NCBI GenBank assembly: GCA_050015395.1
Contig: JBEKBM010000035.1
Coordinates: forward strand, 1 to 19,875
Source: Candidatus Bathyarchaeia archaeon
Lineage (GTDB): Archaea > Thermoproteota > Bathyarchaeia > Bathyarchaeales > Bathycorpusculaceae
DNA length: 19,875 bases
Direction: 5' to 3'
Below the pieces are notes generated by a model that saw only the letters and a list, made by a program, of their open reading frames with translations, was not told the origin of the DNA and ran no database searches. The position numbers and the translations under genes are program-made. Positions 9,161 to 16,455 of this stretch are shown here, piece after piece. The first letter of the stretch is position 1. Each line of letters begins with the position of its first letter.

Positions 9161-9420
9161 GCCTTACGATGCATGTAGTAAACGCAAATAAATTAAGTGC
9201 TATCTGCTAATAGCGCTATTGCTCCGCAAGCGTAAGAAACCCGTAACCTTCAACAAGAGCTGCACCCGGCGCACTTAATACGCTCACGTACATGTCGCCG
9301 TTTATGTCACATTGATCATAGGTTTTTCCATCAGACATGCACATGGACCAAACGAAATTTTTGTACTCAGCTATTATGCTCGCGTATTTTGTCGCGTTTA
9401 TCACTTTCATTGCGATCATG

Positions 9421-9902
9421 CTAAAGCACCACGTGTAATCGGGCTGGAACATACTGTAGGGAAACAGTTATGCGTTTGCGACTAAGGCTACTGCGTATTT
9501 CATTGTTTATTCTTGTGTTGCCTTGTCCTTTGCTGGCGTGTCCAAGCCGCATTATTTTCCAGTTTTGCATGTTTCCGCGTATGATCTGAGGGTTACTGGT
9601 CAAAATATAGAAAGGTATCTTGGTTTGTGAAGTGTAGAGTTCCGCGATGAAATTTAATAGGCGTTTTCCAACACCTATTCCCTGATAGTCTGGAAGAACA
9701 ACTAATCTTGTTACTCGGTAGTATCTTGTTTTCATGTGGGTGTGGACGACTGCGATAAACGCTATCGGCTTGTCCTGATAGACTGCAGTGTAGCATCGTG
9801 CAGTTGAGGGCAGGGAGCCGTTTAGATAGTGATATTGCCGAAACATCTGCCACAGGGAAGCGCCGCACCGATAAACCTTGAGTTCAACGGGCGGCCTAAT
9901 CC
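9421..9902 (-). CDS. GNAT acetyltransferase domain, in the -1 frame of the upstream ABC ATPase (likely C-terminal half of an ABC ATPase-GNAT fusion)
   Basis: Acetyl-CoA motif A: RLVVLPDYQGIGVG. The frame is open upstream of the ORF-track ATG (9846) as RIRPPVELKVYRCGASLWQMFRQYHYL, back to the A7 run. Confidence 0.8.
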
Positions 9903-10502
9903 TTTTTTTCTGTCAAACTCCATAGTGTCTGTGCAGAACACCCAATCAGGCTCCAACCAATCAACAACATCATAATGGCAAGTTACGGCAATGAACTTCT
10001 TTTTAGATCGACGAACAGCCTTACTAATCGCATAAGCACTAACCTTAGCTATTTCCCTATCAACTACACTTGTAAACTCATCAAAAACAATCAACCCCTG
10101 ATTAAGACAAAGCGCTCTTGCGATGTCAACCCGCATCTTTTCACCTTGGCTGAGGCAATCGTAGCTCTTGAGCCAGTCCGGAGGAGAAGCAAAACCAACA
10201 CTCGAAAGTGCCCGGGTAACCTCACCGGTTTCAAGTTCTGTGGGAAAATCATCCAAGACGCATTTATGGGTGTACTCAAAGCCTCTAATGTAGGCGTCGG
10301 GAAATAGTTGTTTGGCTATGCTTGTTTTTCCTGATCCGCTTCGCCCCACGATTATTCCAACTTGCCAATCATCCGCTTCTATGGGTAGGGAACCTTTGAA
10401 GTGCTTTTCTAATTTGACGTCGGAAAGCGTGAAGCTGCCAACGACGCTTTGAGCTCTGAAGCTGTCTGATTGGTCCCATTGTTTTACAATGTCAAAATCC
10501 GT
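9822..10502 (-). CDS. Soluble phage-type ABC ATPase (N-terminal half of the ABC-GNAT fusion)
   Basis: Walker A GRSGSGKT, signature LSQGE, Walker B IVFDEFTS, H-loop VTCH, no TM partner. The frame is open 51 codons upstream of the ORF-track GTG (10349): TDFDIVKQW...FRAQSVVGSF...WQVGIIVG. Start placed tentatively at ACG 10500-10502. Confidence 0.8.
   Translation of the reverse strand, partial: TDFDIVKQWDQSDSFRAQSVVGSFTLSDVKLEKHFKGSLPIEADDWQVGIIVGRSGSGKTSIAKQLFPDAYIRGFEYTHKCVLDDFPTELETGEVTRALSSVGFASPPDWLKSYDCLSQGEKMRVDIARALCLNQGLIVFDEFTSVVDREIAKVSAYAISKAVRRSKKKFIAVTCHYDVVDWLEPDWVFCTDTMEFDRKKGLGRPLNSRFIGAALPCGRCFGNITI
9862..9909 (-). promoter_or_regulatory. Candidate -1 programmed frameshift signal: A_AAA_AAA (9903-9909), 7-nt spacer, hairpin (9862-9895)
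   Basis: The minus strand reads AG A AAA AAA GGATTAG GCCGCCCGTTGAAC TCAAG GTTTATCGGTGCGGC. GCCGC/GCGGC, CCG/CGG and TGAAC/GTTTA pair. Confidence 0.6.
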
Positions 10503-11044
10503 AGCTTGTAACCCTCCGATTTGAGCTTCTCAAAAATGCTTTTTTGGTTAGCCTCATCCTTGCACTCGACTATTATTTCATAGGTTGCAGGAATGCTAAC
10601 AGAAAACTCACGCTCCAGTAGTTCTTGAGGTAATTTTTCTCCTACAGATGCAAGAAGCGCTTTCAAACAGTCTTTTTCACCCTGCTCGATTATGCGCATG
10701 TACTCGGCAGCGTCAAGCTCCTTGTTATGTTTCCCTTTGAGCTTGTTGAGAATTTGCCGAAGCATCCGCCTATCCACGTCACTGACTGGCAACCGAAGAA
10801 CTGGAGCGTAAAACTCGTTATGCTGCTTACAGACTTCAGCACGCTGTTCACCATCAGCGTAGACGCCGTCTTTGTTGGTTATGAGTGGATATGCCCAACC
10901 ATATTTCTGCAGGCTCCTCCAAATTTGCTCTTGCTGATTAACCGTAGTACGATTTGGGTTTTGTTGATCCGCCTGTAGAAGACGAATATCCTCCAACAGC
11001 GGCAAATATGCATCAGGAACTCTAATTGTTGTTTTCTTCTCCAC
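10484..11044 (-). CDS. ParB/Srx N-terminal domain protein (phage type)
   Basis: NPN...SLQKYGWAYPLITNKDGVYADGEQR motif. C-terminal YEIIVECKDEANQ..FEKLKSEGYKLRILTL overlaps the ABC gene. SD-like AAGGAG before the GTG start. Confidence 0.85.
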   Translation of the reverse strand: MEKKTTIRVPDAYLPLLEDIRLLQADQQNPNRTTVNQQEQIWRSLQKYGWAYPLITNKDGVYADGEQRAEVCKQHNEFYAPVLRLPVSDVDRRMLRQILNKLKGKHNKELDAAEYMRIIEQGEKDCLKALLASVGEKLPQELLEREFSVSIPATYEIIVECKDEANQKSIFEKLKSEGYKLRILTL

Positions 11045-11330
11045 AGTATATCTTCTCCTTTTCCTTCATGAAAGAAATAGCAAACAAAAGTTGACCCCCG
11101 CCATCAGCCACCAGCAAATCCTTATTCGTAACTATTGGAACAACGAAGCCCAAACGCTTAATGCTCTCTTTCAGTGCCTTGAACTGGCGTTTCCCTAACC
11201 TGTTAGGATTGCAACCATCAACCCGAAGCTGACCAACGTCAACAACCTCAGCAGGCGGAACCTTCAAATCAAGATCCATTAACTTCCCTGGCACTTGCAT
11301 GGCACTTGCAGACAACAAAGTTTTTTCCAT
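11022..11330 (-). pseudogene. Second ParB N-terminal domain gene, apparently truncated at the catalytic DG motif
   Basis: NPNRLGKRQFKALKESIKRLGFVVPIVTNKDLLVADG parallels the downstream paralog. The expected GExR is replaced by GGGQ and unrelated sequence. Confidence 0.6.
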
Positions 11331-11331
11331 T

Positions 11332-12984
11332 TTAATCATCGTCAACTATTTTTTCCTTTTTCCTGATCACTGCAACACCAACTCCTGGAGGAGCTCTTGA
11401 GTAAACAAGGATGTTCACGCCGTTGCTGCACGCGTCCACTTGATCGTCATGTTCGCCTTCCGGGAAAACTTCAGCTTCATCCAGGAAATTGCTGATCCAG
11501 TCGCCTTCAACCAGGAAGACGTTTCCGCGTTCTGTAGCGGCGCTGAAGGGGTTCGCACGATTCTCCTTGCTCCCAGTACTGCGTTGACTGCGAAAAGCAT
11601 AACCAGGTAACACTTCTCTACCGTAATGATCCGTCGTAATTTTGCCGCCGCTGCCGCCTTCCTCCTCCATCCAAACCTCAACATCTTTGCCGTCGAGTTC
11701 AGCTGTCCTCTTAATGCGGTCTTCCAAGTTCTTGGGCGATCCGCGGAAATGCTCCATGTGATAAATGTAGTATTGCCCTTGCCACATACCGATTAATACT
11801 CCAGCAACCCAGTCAGGATCCTTGCCTTTCTCAGGCTCAGTAGCCGCCAAATCCCAAACGCGAATCTTACGCAAATCCATAGGCGCCTTAGCTTTCGGGA
11901 TAACTTTGAACCAGTCACGATGAAACATTGTTCCTACAGCAGCTTCCCAACTGCCTTCACGCAACTGTTTCCGTGTTGTCGGATCAAGCTTACTTAATGC
12001 TAACTCGTAGCTTCGCCTATCCAAGTACGGATTATCATCGAGCAGTGCTGGAATGAAAACGCGGCCGTACTTTTGGCCTTCAATAATAAAATACTGTTTA
12101 ACCCACGTGTGCCCTCTCCCGCCGGGGTTAGTTGCTGACCTTATCTGAAGCGGAATGCAACAGTTTTCAAGGCGCCTGTTCCTGCTGATTAAGTACTGGT
12201 ATTGCCACTGCTTAAACTGGGTAAGCTCATCCCAGCCAATATAATTATACGCGGCGCCTTGATGGTGGTAAACGTCTTCATCAATATCCATATAGCCGAG
12301 GCTTAAGGTTGCACCGCTTGGGAAAGTCCACTTGTAATCTTGCCCGTTCCATCTCGCTTCAGTGTTGCCTAGCCACTCATGAGTCCGAGCGATTAAGCCA
12401 TCAGGCTTCTTATGGTCCTGCAGTGTCTTGCGGAAAATAATTGCGTTGTAACCGGGATAGTTAACCCATCGGAGCGCTCCCATTAAGATTGCGTCTGTTT
12501 TGCCGCCTCCAGCAGCTCCGCCATATAATGCTTCGTCACAGTCAAGCAGTATGAATTCTGCTTGTGGGCTTCTGCCATCATCTGTTATTGCTGGCTTGTG
12601 CGGGATCCACTTGTTCTGCAGTACTGTCTTGTTGAAGAGAGCTTGCTTTTTCACATGCGTTTTTTCCCATTCAAGATTCCATGCATCGCTCCATTCAATG
12701 TATGCTTGCCAATCTTCACGTTTTGCTTCTTCGTTTGCCTTCAGCCATTCATCATACGCTTTGTGCCATTCACGGTACCACTGCAGGAACTCTTCAGTTT
12801 CCTGCTTTTCCAGTCTTTGTTGTTCTTCAACGGGAAGCTTCCGCCGTTCGCCCATACACTCTTCATATTTCCGCAGCAGCTCGGTGATTTCCTCTGCCTT
12901 GGCTTTCCGTTCTTCGTCTTCTTTGTCGGTGCCGAGTTTCTGCTCCACTGCCTGCAGACGCGTCAAAACATTTTTTCCATTCAT
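11332..12984 (-). CDS. terL: Phage terminase large subunit with ~110-aa N-terminal extension
   Basis: Walker A YGGAAGGGKT, Walker B IGWDELTQF, coupling motif ATNPGG, nuclease WDLAAT and HDDQVDA. Confidence 0.93.
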   Translation of the reverse strand: MNGKNVLTRLQAVEQKLGTDKEDEERKAKAEEITELLRKYEECMGERRKLPVEEQQRLEKQETEEFLQWYREWHKAYDEWLKANEEAKREDWQAYIEWSDAWNLEWEKTHVKKQALFNKTVLQNKWIPHKPAITDDGRSPQAEFILLDCDEALYGGAAGGGKTDAILMGALRWVNYPGYNAIIFRKTLQDHKKPDGLIARTHEWLGNTEARWNGQDYKWTFPSGATLSLGYMDIDEDVYHHQGAAYNYIGWDELTQFKQWQYQYLISRNRRLENCCIPLQIRSATNPGGRGHTWVKQYFIIEGQKYGRVFIPALLDDNPYLDRRSYELALSKLDPTTRKQLREGSWEAAVGTMFHRDWFKVIPKAKAPMDLRKIRVWDLAATEPEKGKDPDWVAGVLIGMWQGQYYIYHMEHFRGSPKNLEDRIKRTAELDGKDVEVWMEEEGGSGGKITTDHYGREVLPGYAFRSQRSTGSKENRANPFSAATERGNVFLVEGDWISNFLDEAEVFPEGEHDDQVDACSNGVNILVYSRAPPGVGVAVIRKKEKIVDDD

Positions 12985-13388
12985 TATCTTCGTTTCTCCA
13001 AAACCTTCTTTTCCGCTAACTCTTCAACGTGCTCAAGCCGTGATAGAATGTCCCGAGACAGTACAATGTCACTATGAACCTCTAAACTGTCCAAAACAAC
13101 TTTCAAAGCGCCTACCCGGGCATTATCATTATCCGCCTGTGAATAGAGGCTCCAAGCCGCCTTCTGCACTGCATTCAACTTTAACTCGATACTATCTGCA
13201 AAACCAGCAAACTTCTCTAAACCCAACAGGACAGGAACCCACTTCTCCCGCCGCCTCCAATCGCTCCATAAACACCACTCAGAAACCTTATATTTCGTAG
13301 CTAACTGCTCGATTACGGCTGAAGGATGAAAGCCCTTGTTAACGGCGTCTAGCATTTCAACGCGGCGTTTCAGCAGTTTAAGATTCAA
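12984..13388 (-). CDS. Putative terminase small subunit (HTH-like N-terminus)
   Basis: Directly upstream of terL with a TAATG stop/start overlap. HTH-like 'PSAVIEQLATKYKVSEWCLWSDW' followed by helices. TTG start at 13386-13388 behind AGGGGGA. Function inferred from position. Confidence 0.55.
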   Translation of the reverse strand: MNLKLLKRRVEMLDAVNKGFHPSAVIEQLATKYKVSEWCLWSDWRRREKWVPVLLGLEKFAGFADSIELKLNAVQKAAWSLYSQADNDNARVGALKVVLDSLEVHSDIVLSRDILSRLEHVEELAEKKVLEKRR

Positions 13389-13592
13389 AGGTATCCCCCT
13401 AAATTGGTCAAATCTGAACAATTTTGAGTAAACAAAAACTCTCCAAAATGTACGTAGTAAAACAAAAAAGAAAAAGGGGAAAAAATTGAAAAGTAGAAAT
13501 CCCGCTTTGGGTTTTTATAACCTTGTGGTAGTCTGTTGACAATCACATAGCTTTAAGAATTTATAAAATTAAATATAAATCACTCTCAAACT

Positions 13593-13883
13593 GTGGGAAA
13601 GGAAATATTCTTGAATAATCTTATTTCAAACAAAAAAACTAAGCCTCCACTATTCCAAGTTCTACTGCTAGATAATGATACTAGCGAAGACGTTGAAGTT
13701 CAAGAGGCGAAACAGGTGGACTTTTTCCAAGTCAAAGAGCACCTGAAAAACGGCGGATCAGTCTTTATCACAAGTAAAGACTCACAAAAACTAGTTTACC
13801 CCAAAGCCAAAGCACAGCTAAACTATAGCAAATCAAGAAAAAATTATGGAGCCCTCTTCCGACAACACCTGAGAAGTTCATAA
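13593..13883 (+). CDS. Small hypothetical protein
   Basis: 96-aa ORF with protein-like composition, downstream of TATA-like TTTATAAA/TAAATATA. Start uncertain. Confidence 0.6.
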   Translation: MGKEIFLNNLISNKKTKPPLFQVLLLDNDTSEDVEVQEAKQVDFFQVKEHLKNGGSVFITSKDSQKLVYPKAKAQLNYSKSRKNYGALFRQHLRSS

Positions 13884-13887
13884 ACGT

Positions 13888-13954
13888 GTGACGTGCATCC
13901 AGATGATTCCCTTTATCCCCTCTCTCTTTCGTACATTTTTTGGATGCACGCCAC
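13888..13954. repeat. Inverted repeat (perfect 10 bp CGTGCATCCA/TGGATGCACG, 14 bp with one mismatch) around a 39-nt pyrimidine-rich loop
   Basis: Arms at 13892-13901 and 13941-13950, immediately after the stop at 13883. Confidence 0.75.
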
Positions 13955-14147
13955 TCCCAGTTATCATTAATGTTTTTCACTTGCTTTTAGGTTAAGATGT
14001 CGCCTCTCAATTTTCAAGAAATTTAAGAATAAATTAACTCGGAAGGCTGGTAGGCCAGGTTCAGTAAAGATAAAGTTTTTTTGACATCGTCAGCGTCTGT
14101 TTCAATCTTGTTTTGATTAACAGGCTTGTTTTTGGTTGTTCTTATAT

Positions 14148-14198
14148 GTCACGCACGTTCATTGTTACTCGTCACGCATGTTCATAGTTATACGTCAC
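14148..14198. repeat. Imperfect 23-bp tandem repeat (about 2.2 copies)
   Basis: GTCACGCACGTTCATTGTTACTC / GTCACGCATGTTCATAGTTATAC / GTCAC, starting at 14148, 14171 and 14194. Confidence 0.75.
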
Positions 14199-14301
14199 CA
14201 CAGCCAAGTCCCCGTTTGCCCTGCATCTTTTCAGGTTAAGCTATTTTTTAAGACTATTTTTCGTAGCAAAAAGATACATAAAATATTGAAAGGATAAGCC
14301 C

Positions 14302-15372
14302 TTATTCTTTTTGCCTTAGAGCTTGTGGAATATAAGCACACCGTGGGTCTGAACCTAAAATGTCTCCCGTGTAAAACAACGCTGAAGAACGGCAGCCACC
14401 GCAAATCTCGCGGTACTCGCAAACGCCGCATTTGCCTTTTATGCTGTTTTTATCTTTAGCTTTGGTGAAGAACTGGGAATTTTGCATTTCAGCCCAGATT
14501 TCCTTAAGCGACTTATCCTTAATGTTCCCGAGCCTGTAAGCATCATTGTAACTGCAGGGTATGGCGTCGCCGTTTTCCGCGATACTCATGAATTTGCCGA
14601 AGAAGCATCTGCCTAAAAAGAAGTTGTTGTACCAGTTGTCAAAATCAGGCATCCCTCGCTGCCTTGCAACTCGCGCGTAAAAGGGAATGTACACGTTAAT
14701 TCCAGGTTTACCCTTGTATTCTAAAGTCAAGTCGTAGAGTTTGTTGCAAACCCATTCATACTGCTGCGGTTTGAGGTCAGCTTTAAGGCTGTTTTTGTCT
14801 TTGCTGTAGGGAACAAAACCGTGAAAAACCACCCAGCGGGCATCATATTTGCGTGCTAAATCAAGCACGTGACGCATATCTTCCTCGTTAACGTTTGTCA
14901 CAGAGTCGCCAGCGTTGGCAAACGTGTATACTAGGCAGTTTAACAGTTTTTCACGTGAAAACTTCTCTATCGCTGAAACCGCGGCTGCATAAGCACCTTT
15001 GCCGCGAATAGCATCATTTGTTTTCTCTGCGCCGTCGATGCTTACAGAAATTTTAACTTCGTTTTTGACAATGTTTTCAAAGGCTGTCTGGTCCATTAAG
15101 CGTCCATCAGTTATGATGCTTACGTTTAAACCAAGTTTTCTAGCGTAACTTATGACCTTGAAAAGGTCCTTTCTCAGAAACGGTTGTCCTCCGGTGATTC
15201 CGAAGAAGCTTGCGCCGAAATCGTTTACTTCATCAACAATTTTCATGGCGCCTGCAGTATCGACTTCATCTGCAACAGCGGGTTTGCCTGCAGAAGTACA
15301 ATGTACACAATTGCTGTCGCATGCGAAAGTGCATCGCCAAGGGACAATGAACAATGGACCCTTACTCTTCAA
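14302..15372 (-). CDS. Radical SAM protein with SPASM domain (PqqE/NirJ/AhbC-D-like)
   Basis: CDSNCVHC CxxxCxxC motif, TGGQP, VSIDG. C-terminal C...G...PC and CGVCEYREICGGCR...C SPASM cysteines. Confidence 0.9.
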   Translation of the reverse strand: MKSKGPLFIVPWRCTFACDSNCVHCTSAGKPAVADEVDTAGAMKIVDEVNDFGASFFGITGGQPFLRKDLFKVISYARKLGLNVSIITDGRLMDQTAFENIVKNEVKISVSIDGAEKTNDAIRGKGAYAAAVSAIEKFSREKLLNCLVYTFANAGDSVTNVNEEDMRHVLDLARKYDARWVVFHGFVPYSKDKNSLKADLKPQQYEWVCNKLYDLTLEYKGKPGINVYIPFYARVARQRGMPDFDNWYNNFFLGRCFFGKFMSIAENGDAIPCSYNDAYRLGNIKDKSLKEIWAEMQNSQFFTKAKDKNSIKGKCGVCEYREICGGCRSSALFYTGDILGSDPRCAYIPQALRQKE

Positions 15373-15743
15373 CCTTACTTTCTCCGTAGGATACGTGCTA
15401 ATCCAAAGCGAATATGCTATTTAACACTTCACATTTTTTTATGATTTTTTTAAGTTTAATTAAATGATTAGAAATTAAGCAGGCTATATCCAACACTGCT
15501 TTGTTCCAAAAGAGTTATTACTTTTATTAAAGCTGATAATAATTGAGGAAGGAGAATGGATGAGGAGAAGCTAGTTGATACTAGCCAGCTTAATTGTGAT
15601 CATGAAAATCAAAGATTGTATACGGACAGATGCTTTGATGTACTTAATGGTTTCGAGTTGACTTTTACTCGATGCATCAACTGCCATAAAATTGTCAGTT
15701 TAGAAGCAAAGAAATTTTCCAGTCAATAAATTCCTAGCTGTGT

Positions 15744-16151
15744 CTACTGGTTTTTGGCATAAAGATAGAGCGGTCCGTCTTTTAGCAGATCCAAAGCCCG
15801 TTGCGTTTGGGTAGTTGATAGCTTGCACGTTTTAGGGTCAGTTAGGAACGGGAGTTTCTCAGACGCGTTTTGTATAATGTGAAGATCTTCCCATGTTACT
15901 TTGACGTCATCGTAGGGGGTATGCTTGTCAACATTTTCAGTCCATGCGCCTGCATCAAGTTCGTCGCCTTCAGGCAACGCAGTGAAAGGCCCAACTAAAC
16001 TTTTGTCATCAGTGTTGTAGAGAAAGATTACGGTACCTGCCTTAATTTCTTCCAAAGGCTTGGATTCTTTTTCTGCGCAAGTATAACGTTTCCTACTTAA
16101 GCACTGTTGCTGTGACACTTTATTGCAAAAAAGCACATATCCATCATACAT
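15744..16151 (-). CDS. DCD (development/cell death)-like domain protein
   Basis: GYVLFCN...QCL...EEIKAGTVIFLYNTDDKSLVGPFTA...AW follows the DCD pattern G.IF.CN.....EC......I.PG..LFLY.......L.G.F.A. Confidence 0.65.
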   Translation of the reverse strand: MYDGYVLFCNKVSQQQCLSRKRYTCAEKESKPLEEIKAGTVIFLYNTDDKSLVGPFTALPEGDELDAGAWTENVDKHTPYDDVKVTWEDLHIIQNASEKLPFLTDPKTCKLSTTQTQRALDLLKDGPLYLYAKNQ

Positions 16152-16227
16152 TTTTAATAAAATCTACCTTCCATTAGTGAAGTCTCTCGGCGCTTATTTC
16201 CTTTTCTTTTTTATCAATTGAGCCTTT

Positions 16228-16312
16228 GTCAACTTCCGCTACTTCCAGCATCCCCCGCACAGCAGTTTCTGAAGGTTACATGTACCCCATTGGAGCAGTA
16301 GCTGCCGCCGCC
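16228..16312 (-). ncRNA. Candidate structured RNA or 5' leader, family unknown
   Basis: GC-rich island in an AT-rich intergenic region. Nested stems GCTACT/AGTAGC, TCCA/TGGA and CCTTC/GGGGG. G-U pairs favour the minus strand. AAAAGTTATTA (BRE/TATA-like) lies just upstream. Confidence 0.35.
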
Positions 16313-16455
16313 ATTATTGAGCATATTAGTAATAACTTTTCAGATTAGGAAAAACCAGTCCACAGAACCGCTAGAAGATTTTAATTGAATAATGCAATAG
16401 CAAACGAAGATTTAGAAAATTATTAAAGCTAGATTCGATTGCTAACTCGTATTAG

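Larger units (their letters stand above)
9421..13388 (-). mobile_element. Virus-derived (Caudoviricetes-type) packaging and putative DNA-modification module; provirus remnant or satellite-like element
   Basis: Co-oriented, tightly overlapping TerS-like, TerL, ParB-N x2, ABC ATPase and GNAT genes. Visibly more GC-rich than the left flank. No portal, capsid or integrase gene in the window. Confidence 0.7.

Noticed and set aside
9216-9452. 78-aa ORF after the GNAT gene
   Set aside because: No recognisable motif or SD. It may be a fragment at the element boundary but cannot be supported as a gene.
9822-10349. ABC transporter ATP-binding subunit partnering the permease at 19466
   Set aside because: It is 9 kb away, embedded in the viral operon and linked to a GNAT, so it is a non-transport ABC ATPase.
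12500-13300. 266-aa, 171-aa and 68-aa plus-strand ORFs
   Set aside because: Antisense shadows of terL and terS with Ser/Phe/Cys-biased composition.
14148-14198. Possible mini CRISPR array, given the nearby cas8b
   Set aside because: The units are directly adjacent with no spacers. No repeat-spacer array was seen anywhere in the window.
16228-16312. SRP RNA (TGTAACC...TGCGGGGG resembles the Alu region), lysine or cobalamin riboswitch, or canonical H/ACA RNA
   Set aside because: No SRP S-domain helix 8 motif follows, riboswitch consensus blocks are missing, and neither the pocket-to-ACA distance nor a K-turn fits H/ACA. Kept only as an unknown structured element.
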